64,000 nucleotides of DNA from an uncultured virus (IMG/VR IMGVR_UViG_3300042731_008559). Its lineage: Duplodnaviria > Heunggongvirae > Uroviricota > Caudoviricetes. The DNA lies in the IMG/VR virus record IMGVR_UViG_3300042731_008559, one strand, 5' to 3'. Shown here piece by piece: positions 53,894 through 63,601 of this stretch; the stretch's first letter is position 1, and each line of letters opens with the position of its first letter. The notes below the pieces were generated by a model. That model was not told the DNA's origin, did no database searches, and was given only the letters and a program-made list of their open reading frames with translations. The position numbers and the translations under genes are program-made.

Positions 53894-54972
53894 TGGCCTA
53901 CGAAATAAAAATCGGCGACTTCGACGCGATAATTCATGACGACGGAAGTCTCGAAGTCCCTGGCTATGACCCGGAGGAGCAAGCTGTCCTTGCCGAGATG
54001 GGCTATGAGCTGGGACTCGACTATTGGATTGTTAAGTCGTGGGACCTCGTTCTCCAGGCCCTCAAGGAAGAAGGGCAGCTCGATGATTTCATCGAAGCGC
54101 TTCAGGGAAAACGCACCCAGTACGATTATTACGTCGGACGAAGCCTGTGGCCGTTCGACATCGATGATGTCAAGAGTGCCCTTGTCCTCGCTCTTCAGCA
54201 CTACATGAACAAGGAATACACGGACGACGCCGTTGCGGTCGCCAGCGTCATCAAGGAGATGCCGTGGTCCCTGAATGATATGCCAGAGATAACGGTAGAG
54301 TCGCATCTCAGCGAAGACCAATTCGGGTATCCGCGAGTGGTTCGATACGAGACACATCGGCTGATGATCGACGGAGAGGAAATTGCTCAGTGGGAGCACG
54401 CTGTTGAGAGGTCGTCGTACAGCTACAAGTATTTTGATTCGGATCTGACAGACCTCAGAGAAGCTGGGCTTGAGATTGGCCCTGAAATGGTCGAAGGGCT
54501 CACAGAAGTTCTTGAAGCGCTTGGTCTTGAAGATGAAGAGCCAGAGGGGCCAGACGAAGACGATCTTTACGTTCCCAGGCCAGAAGACGAAGACAGCGAC
54601 GAGCTATTCGGGGTGATGTACGAAGAGATGACCTATTGGCATCCGACCAAGGGGAAGCTCGAAGAACCCGAGGTTGAGGTCGAGGTCGTCATTTACGCCA
54701 GAGAAAGCGACGCAAGCGAAGCGGCTGCACTGGCGCAAAAGATGATAGGAGAAACAGGAGACAGTGTAGAGGTGTCTCTTGTGCGGCGTCGTACTCCTTC
54801 TGAAGAGGCCGAGGACATCGAAGAGGCCAAAGACCGTGCCGCGCTGAGACGTCAGTACAGGCTTTTCAACGGTGGCGCTACCCAGGAGGTCGAAGAGCCC
54901 GATCCCATCTATCTGGAGTGGCGCCCCCTGGAAGAGAACTGGCAAGATCGTCCTGAGGATTTTGAGGGCTGA
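53893..54972 (+). CDS. EMGY-domain protein 8 (acidic subfamily with 57808 and 58942)
   Basis: DGSLEVPGYDPEEQAVLAEMGYE; IAQW, LGLE..EP and GVMYE. Confidence 0.85.
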   Translation: MAYEIKIGDFDAIIHDDGSLEVPGYDPEEQAVLAEMGYELGLDYWIVKSWDLVLQALKEEGQLDDFIEALQGKRTQYDYYVGRSLWPFDIDDVKSALVLALQHYMNKEYTDDAVAVASVIKEMPWSLNDMPEITVESHLSEDQFGYPRVVRYETHRLMIDGEEIAQWEHAVERSSYSYKYFDSDLTDLREAGLEIGPEMVEGLTEVLEALGLEDEEPEGPDEDDLYVPRPEDEDSDELFGVMYEEMTYWHPTKGKLEEPEVEVEVVIYARESDASEAAALAQKMIGETGDSVEVSLVRRRTPSEEAEDIEEAKDRAALRRQYRLFNGGATQEVEEPDPIYLEWRPLEENWQDRPEDFEG

Positions 54973-54974
54973 GC

Positions 54975-55700
54975 ATGAGCGTGGTCCTTGAAATATTCTG
55001 CGACTACGAGGGAAGGTCCAAAGAGTTCGAGATCACTCGCGGCCTCGATATCACCATCCTTGATTTTGATGAGGAAGAGGCCATTGTCCTCGAAGAGATG
55101 GGCTACAATGTCCATCCTTGCCTCAACCTCAAGCGTGTCATGCAAGACCAGCCAGCGGTCCTCGTCATTAACCTCATTGATTCTGGGCTCGATGCTGATT
55201 TGTTGCTTCGGATTGGAGTGGAGCAATTGGAGCGAGTCATCCCTTGCTGGGCAGCGGTTCATCCAAAGCGCGATGAGCCCCAGCAAATTATTGGGATGGT
55301 TAAGGCTGTTCTAAGCGGCGAACATGTTGACGAGGAAGAGATTGACGAGCTTGAGTCCGATCTCGTCATAGCATGCGATGATGCGGCGGCAGATGCTTGG
55401 AGACGAGGATCCAAAGACGACGATAGGGCAGCGAAAGCGGCCTGTAACGCGGCACTCGACCTCATCAGAATGGCCCGTCTTTTTCATATTCGCCCCTGGT
55501 ATTTTCCTCGCGGCGCACAGTCAAAATATGAGAGGCGCATAAAGGATGTACTGGGAAAGTGTGTCGGGGCAGTTCAGGAAAAGGCTGATTTTCAGGGTAA
55601 AGATCGAACGAAAGCAGGGACTAGAGAAAACGCCTGGCAGGCGAGCCGGCTCATCGAGCTGCTCGAAGAGCAGCAACTGGAAGAAGATTTTTCTGACTGA
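54975..55700 (+). CDS. EMGY-domain protein 9, Imm5-like body
   Basis: FDEEEAIVLEEMGYNVHPC; ERVIPCW..HPKRDEP..LSGE..AAADAW..AAKAA..ENAWQASRL. Confidence 0.85.
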   Translation: MSVVLEIFCDYEGRSKEFEITRGLDITILDFDEEEAIVLEEMGYNVHPCLNLKRVMQDQPAVLVINLIDSGLDADLLLRIGVEQLERVIPCWAAVHPKRDEPQQIIGMVKAVLSGEHVDEEEIDELESDLVIACDDAAADAWRRGSKDDDRAAKAACNAALDLIRMARLFHIRPWYFPRGAQSKYERRIKDVLGKCVGAVQEKADFQGKDRTKAGTRENAWQASRLIELLEEQQLEEDFSD

Positions 55701-55712
55701 GGGAGAAGAACC

Positions 55713-56759
55713 ATGGCGCTGAGAGTCAAGATTCCCTGTGAGCTGGTCGAAGAAGGCGAGGTCGAAGCGATTGTCTCTCTCGATGACCCCTACAGCAACT
55801 CATTTCTCGTCGAACTGCCAGAAGAGATCGACGTGGATGAGCACCTCACCCTCGCCGAGATGGGCTACGATCTCCCCGACTGCGTCCAGTTCAAGGTGGA
55901 CGTCGAGAAGGGTCATGGTCTCAGAAACATCTTTTCCAAAGAGGAGTACTTCCAGGCATTCTTCGAGGCCATCGAGGCGCAGGGACCGCAGGCAATCGGA
56001 GACAAGGAGACCTGGGAGGTCGACGAAGAAGCTGTCGCTGGTGCATTAGCTATTCTTCTCGTAGATGCGATGGCCCATGGCTCGGACGTCAAGACGGACA
56101 TGGACTTCGAGCTGGTTGTTGAGATCATCAAAGAACACTGGGAGGGGTTCTTCAAGACAAACGCCTACCATGACAAGGAGATGGAGCTGGTTCGGCTCGC
56201 CTACGAGAATGAGGAGCATGACTTCATCAAAAAGCTCGATGAGGTCACCCAGTCGACGCTATACGAGGTGAACGTACAAGAGACGTCGTCTTCGGACGGC
56301 CCAGGACATGCGAAGGTCATGGGGTTCGTCACACTGACAGTCGGTGAGGAGACCGTAGATGAGTGGGACGTTTGTTATCTCGGATACGTAGACCTCGAAA
56401 TGCTCGATTGGGAAGTCGAGCAGTGCGACGAGCACGGGGAGCCCACGGCGACGGCCGAAGATTTTCTCGACACTATGGGAGAAGGAACGGACTTCGAGTC
56501 CGAGTTTCGTCTTTACGAACCTGATGTCCCCTACGATGAGGGTGAGGGCCGATATTCGGTTTTCGTTAACGATGTAAGGGTCGCGACGTTTGACGACTAC
56601 AGCGATGCTGACAACCTCTTTGACGCCCTCGAAGATTCAAGGGACGTGCAGAACAAGCATGACTCCATTGCTTTGATGGAACTCGACGACGAGCTAGATC
56701 CTGAAGAGGACGACATCGACCTCGACGATCCAGGTAACTACTTCACGATGAGGTCGTAG
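55713..56759 (+). CDS. EMGY-domain protein 10, very acidic (paralog of 56762)
   Basis: MALRVKIPCEL..ELPEEIDVDEHLTLAEMGYDLPDC. Confidence 0.85.
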   Translation: MALRVKIPCELVEEGEVEAIVSLDDPYSNSFLVELPEEIDVDEHLTLAEMGYDLPDCVQFKVDVEKGHGLRNIFSKEEYFQAFFEAIEAQGPQAIGDKETWEVDEEAVAGALAILLVDAMAHGSDVKTDMDFELVVEIIKEHWEGFFKTNAYHDKEMELVRLAYENEEHDFIKKLDEVTQSTLYEVNVQETSSSDGPGHAKVMGFVTLTVGEETVDEWDVCYLGYVDLEMLDWEVEQCDEHGEPTATAEDFLDTMGEGTDFESEFRLYEPDVPYDEGEGRYSVFVNDVRVATFDDYSDADNLFDALEDSRDVQNKHDSIALMELDDELDPEEDDIDLDDPGNYFTMRS

Positions 56760-56761
56760 TC

Positions 56762-57805
56762 ATGGCGCTGAAGGTCACAATACCCTGCGAGCTGTATGAC
56801 GAGGGCAACGTCATCGTGCACATCACAGCCGACACCAGAACAGGTGAGATGCTCGTCGAGCTTCCTCCGGAGATCGATGTCGAAGAGCATATCGTGCTCG
56901 ACGAGATGGGCTACGACCTTCCCGACTGTATCGGTTTCAAAATCAGCGTTGAGAAGGGCGGCATCGTCAGCATCTTCAAAAAGCAAGGTCGATTCGAGCC
57001 ATTTATGGAAGCAATCTACGATCAGGGTGTTGAAACACTCGGTGATGAGTATCCGGTCGACGATGAAGACTTTGCCGAGGTGTTGATGGATTTTTTGGTT
57101 CAAGAAGTTGCGATGACCAATATTCGTAGCGAGATGGATAACGATGTCATCCTCGAAATCATCAAGGACAAGTGGCCAGAGTTTTTTCAAACCAGAGGAT
57201 ACCTCGATCGAGAGATGGAGCTGGTATCGTCCGCTTACGAGCAGGAGGATATTGATTTCATAAAGAGGCTAGACCCCGCGACGAACTCGACCCTTTACCG
57301 GTTGGAGTTTGGAACTCCGAAGTACGAAAAAGGCGCCGGACACATCAAGGCTGAGCTGCTGGTTGAGCTTCATGTCGCTGATGAGATAGTAGAGGACATC
57401 AACGTCTGCTTTGAAGGATGGTTCAACGATCTTGTCGGTCTTGGCTGGGACGTGGATGAGTGCGAAAACTCAATGAGCCTCAGCGACAACGCCGCTCACC
57501 TGCTCGAAGTCATGGGGGAGAATACAGACTTCGAAGACTACCTTGACCTGGAAGAGCCGTGGCTTCCCTACTGCAACGAGGACAAGGGCTACTTCTCTGT
57601 TTTTGTCGATGGAGAACGCGTGATGACATGTTGGGGCCAGGAGGACGCGGAGTTTCTTTTCGACGCCCTGCGCGATGCCAAGGACTACAAGTCTCAGGGG
57701 GCCGAGATCGAGCTGATGGCGATCGACCCGGATGAGTGGAACCCCGAGGAAGACGACATCAACTACGACGACATGTACTACTATTACGAAATCAGGAGCG
57801 GATAG
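56762..57805 (+). CDS. EMGY-domain protein 11, very acidic (paralog of 55713)
   Basis: MALKVTIPCEL..ELPPEIDVEEHIVLDEMGYDLPDC; shared EMELV..AYE.E..DFIK.LD. Confidence 0.85.
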   Translation: MALKVTIPCELYDEGNVIVHITADTRTGEMLVELPPEIDVEEHIVLDEMGYDLPDCIGFKISVEKGGIVSIFKKQGRFEPFMEAIYDQGVETLGDEYPVDDEDFAEVLMDFLVQEVAMTNIRSEMDNDVILEIIKDKWPEFFQTRGYLDREMELVSSAYEQEDIDFIKRLDPATNSTLYRLEFGTPKYEKGAGHIKAELLVELHVADEIVEDINVCFEGWFNDLVGLGWDVDECENSMSLSDNAAHLLEVMGENTDFEDYLDLEEPWLPYCNEDKGYFSVFVDGERVMTCWGQEDAEFLFDALRDAKDYKSQGAEIELMAIDPDEWNPEEDDINYDDMYYYYEIRSG

Positions 57806-57807
57806 CC

Positions 57808-58938
57808 ATGTCTCCCATCCACGCAACTCTGACCCTGAACCTTTGGGACGAAGACAACGAGGAAGTGGTTCCCGTCGAGGTGCACTACCTCATGGATCGC
57901 ACCCTGGACGTGGGCGATTTCGATCTGGAAGAAGCTATCGTCCTCGAAGAGATGGGCTACGAAACCTCGCCGGTTCTTGGAATCGTCAGGGCGCTAGAGA
58001 AGTACGAGAAAGATTTTTTCGACGCGCTCAAGAAGGTGAGGCCGAGGACCAAGCTCACGGCTGAACAAACAGCACAGCTCGTCTCCAAGATTCTCTTCAA
58101 GCGGTTCTTCGAGGGGACCGATTCCGACGAGTCCGACTGGGATGCACAAGAAGCTCACTACGCGATCCTTGGCGAAGACGAATACGTGAGGCAAGGCATC
58201 CTCCTGCTCAAGGATCGCATCGCTGAGGAGCAGGCAGGGAAGAGATTTTACGGAAAAGGTGAATCGGGCGAGGTCGCGCAGATGCTTGAGCCCTACCTCG
58301 TCGAACCAGACCACATGGAGGTCGAGGTTCGTCATCAGGGCTATCGCGACGTCTACGATCCGAATGTCATGTCATGGAACAACATCCTCGATGCTCGCTA
58401 CTGTCTTGTCATCTCGGACATCGAGGTTGCGTGCTGGTCTCGCACCCTTGAATTCAGGATATATGACCCCGTCGGATTCAACGGGGAGGTCGTTGACTGG
58501 GGCGAGGAGTGGGGCATCGAAGAAGCGAAGCTGCCCGATAACGTCAGCGGTGTGCTGAATGAGCTTGGCCTTGACGAGCCTGAGCTGGAAGACCCAGAGC
58601 CGCCCGATTATCCCATGAAGGCGACAGCCAAAGATCCCCATCCTTGGCACGGGGTGCTCTACGAGATTGACCCAGCGGGATGGAAGCCTGACGCACCCGT
58701 TGAATACACGGTCGTTCCGTATGACACGCTATTCCATGCCACCGAGGCGAAGGAACTTTCGGAGACGATTGTCGAACATGAAGGCGACTCCCCAATCCGT
58801 GCGATGTGGCTGGTAAGAGAAAAGTCCGCAGATGAGCGTCGCGAGGATGAATTGCTGGAAAGACAGGGTGTTCTTTTCGAGTTCGAGGAGCCTCCGGAAT
58901 GGACCAAAGACTGGGTCATACTGGAGGACGAGGATTAG
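57808..58938 (+). CDS. EMGY-domain protein 12
   Basis: DFDLEEAIVLEEMGYE; RIYDP, LGLDEP and GVLYE. Confidence 0.85.
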   Translation: MSPIHATLTLNLWDEDNEEVVPVEVHYLMDRTLDVGDFDLEEAIVLEEMGYETSPVLGIVRALEKYEKDFFDALKKVRPRTKLTAEQTAQLVSKILFKRFFEGTDSDESDWDAQEAHYAILGEDEYVRQGILLLKDRIAEEQAGKRFYGKGESGEVAQMLEPYLVEPDHMEVEVRHQGYRDVYDPNVMSWNNILDARYCLVISDIEVACWSRTLEFRIYDPVGFNGEVVDWGEEWGIEEAKLPDNVSGVLNELGLDEPELEDPEPPDYPMKATAKDPHPWHGVLYEIDPAGWKPDAPVEYTVVPYDTLFHATEAKELSETIVEHEGDSPIRAMWLVREKSADERREDELLERQGVLFEFEEPPEWTKDWVILEDED

Positions 58939-58941
58939 CAG

Positions 58942-60093
58942 ATGCCACTGACAATCATATTGCCCTTCGAGGAAGAAGACGGAGAAGATATCGACGTCGA
59001 GATCGATATTTCAGCGGACGGTACCATCGAAGTCCGCGGCTACGATATCGAAAATGCGCTCACCCTCAATGAGATGGGCTACGAAGTCGAGGACGAGCCG
59101 TTCGAGTTCTACCAGGCGTTCACGGAAGGTGCGGAGGGTGGTCCCGTCACTGCGCTCAAGAACCTTCTCCTGCACGGCGTCTATGACGACGATTGGGCAG
59201 ATGCCCTAGCCGATGCTATCGAAGAGCAGGGCATTGAAGAGTACGGCCCAGAGTTCAAAGCAGAAAAACTGTTCAGCGTGCTCATCGAGCAGCAGCTCAA
59301 GGGCAAACGAGATGTCGAAGACTTGATCGTCTCTGTGATTGGTGAGGACCGATTCAAGGAACTGCTGATCGAGCGGCTGAAGCAAGAGGCTGGAAAACAC
59401 GGCTTCGATGGCGTCTATGCTGAAGAGCTTGCCAGCCTGCTTTCGACGAGGCTTGAAGAGGGCGCTCGCATAGAGTCCTCGTGCTTCCACGCCTACGGAC
59501 TTGAGGACTGGGAAAGCCGGCTCGATTGCGAGTACACCCTTGTTGTTGACAATGAAGATATCGCTAGTTGGAAGCGGGCGATCGAGAAGCGAATCTTCGA
59601 TCCTATTCACTTTTATAGCGAAGCCACTGACTGGGAAGAGTATGACGCCGCTGGACACACCATTGGTCAGGGGTTGTCAGATGCTCTCAATGGCCTTGGA
59701 CTGGAAGAGCCCGGTCCTGAAGAGGAGGAGGTCGAAGAACCAGACCACCCCACGCCGGCCGATGACGAATTTCTGGCGGACTACGGTGTCCTCTACACCA
59801 TCTACGACACGAAGTGGGTTTCAGGTGAGGGCGACGTTCGCCTTGGCGTCGATGAGGAGGTCGTCGTTGCCTATAACGAGCTTCACGAAGCGAGAGACGC
59901 AGTGTGGCTTTCCGAGGCGATCATCAGGCGCGACGGTGAACAGAAGAAGTATGACATCGCGCTGCTGCGCAAGAAGACTGACGAGGAGATAGAGGAGGAA
60001 GAATTTCGGGCGCGACAGGAGTCACTGTTCGAGGAGGAAATTCTTGACCGTCCAGACTGGATGGATGAGTGGGCTCTATTGGAGGATGAATGA
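58942..60093 (+). CDS. EMGY-domain protein 13
   Basis: DGTIEVRGYDIENALTLNEMGYE; RIFDP, LGLEEP and GVLYT. Confidence 0.85.
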   Translation: MPLTIILPFEEEDGEDIDVEIDISADGTIEVRGYDIENALTLNEMGYEVEDEPFEFYQAFTEGAEGGPVTALKNLLLHGVYDDDWADALADAIEEQGIEEYGPEFKAEKLFSVLIEQQLKGKRDVEDLIVSVIGEDRFKELLIERLKQEAGKHGFDGVYAEELASLLSTRLEEGARIESSCFHAYGLEDWESRLDCEYTLVVDNEDIASWKRAIEKRIFDPIHFYSEATDWEEYDAAGHTIGQGLSDALNGLGLEEPGPEEEEVEEPDHPTPADDEFLADYGVLYTIYDTKWVSGEGDVRLGVDEEVVVAYNELHEARDAVWLSEAIIRRDGEQKKYDIALLRKKTDEEIEEEEFRARQESLFEEEILDRPDWMDEWALLEDE

Positions 60094-60830
60094 TCTTCGA
60101 GGTCGAATGCGGTGGGGAGGAGTACGATGTCGAGCTGAAGCCCGACGGTGAGATCCTCACTGATTATCCTTTTGAGGAAGAAGCAACGCTCGTCGAGATG
60201 GGATATGAGCCATCCGAGTGCTTTTCCAAGTTCGTTTTAATCGACAATTGGCCAGTGCAGTTCCTGATCGAGTTCATAGTGCAGTCACGCACCCTGACCG
60301 TGCTCCTCGGTTTGGATTTCGCTGAGTATGTCATCCCTGTTTTTGGCCGTCTTTATCCCGATGAGCTTACAGCGCTGCTGCGGAAAGCCGTGAGTATCGG
60401 TCGCGAGAAAGCTGTTTCAGGGGCTTCGTTCCAGGCCCTCATAGATGCAAAGGCGCAGGTTCAGAAAATAGAAAGAAAATTTGCCAGAGAATACGAATAT
60501 CCAGGGAAACCATCTCGATACACATCGATGATGACATTGGTCGGCAAGCAGGTCGGTAATGGGGCCACGATGTCAGTCCGTCAAGCTCTCAATGCTGTCC
60601 AGAGGTTGGTTGGCTCGGGGGGTGTGCTTCCAATCAGAGGAGGCGTCTTCGGGGCATCGAATTACGCCCACATCAACGCGTCAATGTTCCCATCTTGGTC
60701 AAAAAAGACAACGCTATGGCAGATCAAACGCATCTACAAGGTGATGGACGCTGAGTTGAAAGGCAAACCGTACCCCCAAATGACGTTTCCGTCCGTGATG
60801 CCCTGGGAAACGGGAGACTTTGGACGATGA
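60090..60830 (+). CDS. EMGY-domain protein 14, Imm5-like body
   Basis: EVECGGE..DGEILTDYPFEEEATLVEMGYEPSEC; DFAEYVIPVF..YPDE; LWQIKR. Confidence 0.85.
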   Translation: MIFEVECGGEEYDVELKPDGEILTDYPFEEEATLVEMGYEPSECFSKFVLIDNWPVQFLIEFIVQSRTLTVLLGLDFAEYVIPVFGRLYPDELTALLRKAVSIGREKAVSGASFQALIDAKAQVQKIERKFAREYEYPGKPSRYTSMMTLVGKQVGNGATMSVRQALNAVQRLVGSGGVLPIRGGVFGASNYAHINASMFPSWSKKTTLWQIKRIYKVMDAELKGKPYPQMTFPSVMPWETGDFGR

Positions 60831-61915
60831 ATTACTCGGGCGTCGAATTCGTGATCGACGAGAGCGACCTCATCTCGGAGATGGTCTTCTGCTACGTCTC
60901 ACAGGAAGGACTCGACGTCGCCGGCTACACACAGGAGGAGCTTGAGGAAGAGATCGTACTCGGCGAGATGGGTTACGAGCTGTCGCCGATTGCAGAGCTT
61001 GTCCAGAGCTACAACGAACACGGGCTCGCTGCATTGTTCGTCGACCCAGGGAGGCTCAACTCGTTCTTGGAGAACGCGGACCCGAAAACGATCGAGGCGC
61101 GGTACGGTCCAGAGTGGGAAGAGGACATCACCGAGGCGGTGTTTCACATTGTCAATTATTTCGAGGTGGACTGGGAAAACCAACGAGACATCTTGAAGAA
61201 GCTCGGCGGGCTCGTCAGTCAGACGACAGTGTTTGAAATACGTCCTGAGGATGGTGGAAATATGACCATCGAGGAGGGGGCCGAAATGCCTGGTTCCTTG
61301 GTGGAGGGAAAGTGCCGGGCATCTCTGCAGATTGGCGGCAAAGAGGCGGTCTCCTGGAATGAGTGGTATTACGGCAAGTACGAGGGAGACTTCGTCAACG
61401 ATAGCGTCGAGTGGTCATCTGGCCTGGATGACGAGACTACCTTCAAAGAGCTGGATGAGCAGCGCAACCTGAAGGCATTGCTCAACGGGATCACGGGCGG
61501 ATACAAGGGGTCGTGCGAGCTGGAGGAGCCCTGGGTCTATCAAGGCTGGGAGTACTCTCCGCTTGAAGGACAGCATGACGGGCGATGGGCCGTGTCCATC
61601 GCTGAACCCTTTGAAATCTTCTTCGCTTACTACAACAGCGAAGAGGCTGCTCGTGCAGCGCTTGACTACATTGATCGGTTTATTGTCAATCCCCGTAGTG
61701 GGAGCTGGGTACGATTCGTGTTGCGTGCGAAAAAAACAAACCCTTCCCCTCCGGTGTTTGAAATTGATGACGACTTCGACTACATGGACCCCGGCAAGAT
61801 CTTTATGGTGAGTCCAGACTGGGAGATTGTCTCTAAAACACGAAAGATTACCCGCCATAAGAGCGCTGGAGGAGCAAAGTTATCAAGTAAGTCGTTCTGG
61901 GTAGAGGTGGACTGA
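60827..61915 (+). CDS. EMGY-domain protein 15
   Basis: GLDVAGY..EEEIVLGEMGYE. Confidence 0.85.
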   Translation: MNYSGVEFVIDESDLISEMVFCYVSQEGLDVAGYTQEELEEEIVLGEMGYELSPIAELVQSYNEHGLAALFVDPGRLNSFLENADPKTIEARYGPEWEEDITEAVFHIVNYFEVDWENQRDILKKLGGLVSQTTVFEIRPEDGGNMTIEEGAEMPGSLVEGKCRASLQIGGKEAVSWNEWYYGKYEGDFVNDSVEWSSGLDDETTFKELDEQRNLKALLNGITGGYKGSCELEEPWVYQGWEYSPLEGQHDGRWAVSIAEPFEIFFAYYNSEEAARAALDYIDRFIVNPRSGSWVRFVLRAKKTNPSPPVFEIDDDFDYMDPGKIFMVSPDWEIVSKTRKITRHKSAGGAKLSSKSFWVEVD

Positions 61916-63600
61916 TGGGACTCGTCCTGAGGATGCCAGAAGATGGCAAGCGCATCGAGCTGCTTCCAGGCCGCTGGATCGGCAAGACCGACTTCAGTGA
62001 CGAGGACGCCGAAGAAGCGCTGGTCCTCGAAGAGATGGGCTATCCGCTGCCGCTGTGGGCTCGCATCACAAGGGCCTACACCGAGCATGGAATAGATGAT
62101 GGTATCGCCACCGACATCGAGATGATCCGCGTCGTCGACGATGCGGTTCAACAACAGGGAATCGGCAAAAAATGGACGGGAGACGAGCCCGCGGAGCTGA
62201 TCGAGCTTGGTTGGAGGCGAAACTTCATCGAGCGGGCCATCGAGCGAGGGCACGACGACGGCGTCTACATCGGGCAGAGGAAGATGCCACTCGAAGAGGC
62301 TGCAGAGCTGTGGGTAACGGAGGCAAGGAGCGCTTTTTTCGACAACACGATGCCAGACGTTATCATCAACTTCGATGGGTACCGCGTCGAGATGCTCGAA
62401 TCGATCGACCCGCGGGTCGCCTTCTTTGATGACATCTTTGATTGGTCGGTTTCTGGTTCGAGCCGCCCCGAATACGCCTGGGACACCATAGAAAGTCCCC
62501 ACGCTCGCCTCTATCTCGTCTCCAAAGTTGAAAAGAGGCGAAACAAACCCGTTGCCATCGCGTGGGCCTGGCGAACTCAGGGGGTCTACGAAGAGGTAGA
62601 GGGCGGAACGAGGCCGGGCGGAACTCGTATGGAGATGGTCGAGGTCGAGCCCGGACCCATCGTCGTCATCGACGCGGTCCAGACCATCTACAGGACGCGC
62701 AAGGCTAACGTGAAGATCTTGAAGGCGATCGAGGCGCTGGCTCATGCGATGCTCGAAAACGAAGAGACTATCACAGAGGTGCGCATTCAAAACGACGAGC
62801 TGAGTTCCTACGAAGTTCAGGAATATCTTTCTTCGCCCTATGCCAGCCCGTGGAAGAAAGTAGGCGACGAGAGCGTGTGGCGTGAAGAGATGCACAAACA
62901 CCCGCAGATCGATAAGTTTGGCCAGGGGTGGATGCAGACCCAGTGGCTCCTTGCATCACGCGAATCACCAGACGAGAACCCGCAAGAGTGGAAATGCCCG
63001 CTCCGCACCGAGATGTACGGCGGCATGCCTGAGGGCGGCAACTTCGGATCCGCAACCATGCTGGAGCTGGGCGCCCAGAACATCGCTGAGGCTGCTCACT
63101 GCATCCTTGGCTCTCTCGGAAAGCTGACCAGGCGAGGAGACTCAGGGCAAGACGAGTGGGCGAGGTGGCAGTATTCCCTTGTCTACGAGGTGGCCCATCT
63201 CAAAGAGGAGCTGGGCATCATCAACATGTGGGTGTGGAAGTGGTATGAGTACGGCTGGCATCGGGATACTCAGGAGAAATTCAACGACCCGACGCCGGAC
63301 CAGCTCCCCTACGTCGAGAGATCAGTCGAGAACATCCGAGACGTTGCTCCTCCGCTGGTCGTTCTCGCCGAGCTGAAGCGCGCTCATGTCGAAGCGCAGG
63401 AAGACATGCCTGAGCCGATCAAGGCGGCGGCGCTTTCCTCCTACGACGTAATCATCGCCGTCGCAAACGCTGTTTTCGACGCTGTCGAGGGCTGGCCAGA
63501 GGAAAAGGTCTACAACCCCTTCACGGTTACGCCCCTTCAGGCGGCGACACAGCGGCTCGGAGAGACCATAAATGAGCTACTAACCTACGTGAGGCGATGA
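61915..63600 (+). CDS. EMGY-domain protein 16 (largest, 561 aa)
   Basis: DFSDEDAEEALVLEEMGYP; long body unlike the others. Confidence 0.85.
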   Translation: MGLVLRMPEDGKRIELLPGRWIGKTDFSDEDAEEALVLEEMGYPLPLWARITRAYTEHGIDDGIATDIEMIRVVDDAVQQQGIGKKWTGDEPAELIELGWRRNFIERAIERGHDDGVYIGQRKMPLEEAAELWVTEARSAFFDNTMPDVIINFDGYRVEMLESIDPRVAFFDDIFDWSVSGSSRPEYAWDTIESPHARLYLVSKVEKRRNKPVAIAWAWRTQGVYEEVEGGTRPGGTRMEMVEVEPGPIVVIDAVQTIYRTRKANVKILKAIEALAHAMLENEETITEVRIQNDELSSYEVQEYLSSPYASPWKKVGDESVWREEMHKHPQIDKFGQGWMQTQWLLASRESPDENPQEWKCPLRTEMYGGMPEGGNFGSATMLELGAQNIAEAAHCILGSLGKLTRRGDSGQDEWARWQYSLVYEVAHLKEELGIINMWVWKWYEYGWHRDTQEKFNDPTPDQLPYVERSVENIRDVAPPLVVLAELKRAHVEAQEDMPEPIKAAALSSYDVIIAVANAVFDAVEGWPEEKVYNPFTVTPLQAATQRLGETINELLTYVRR

Positions 63601-63601
63601 G

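Noticed and set aside
28577..57807. Extended upstream starts in the ORF track (e.g. 28577, 29197, 34235, 35865, 37110, 42401, 43446, 44105, 57736)
   Set aside because: They overlap upstream genes; internal ATGs with SD or stop-start coupling and family leader motifs give better starts
31228..62901. Long minus-strand ORFs (e.g. 31228..32358, 36972..37898, 46586..47605, 49002..49961, 61780..62901)
   Set aside because: They lie antisense to well-supported + strand genes, have no motifs, and are expected shadows in GC-rich, codon-biased DNA
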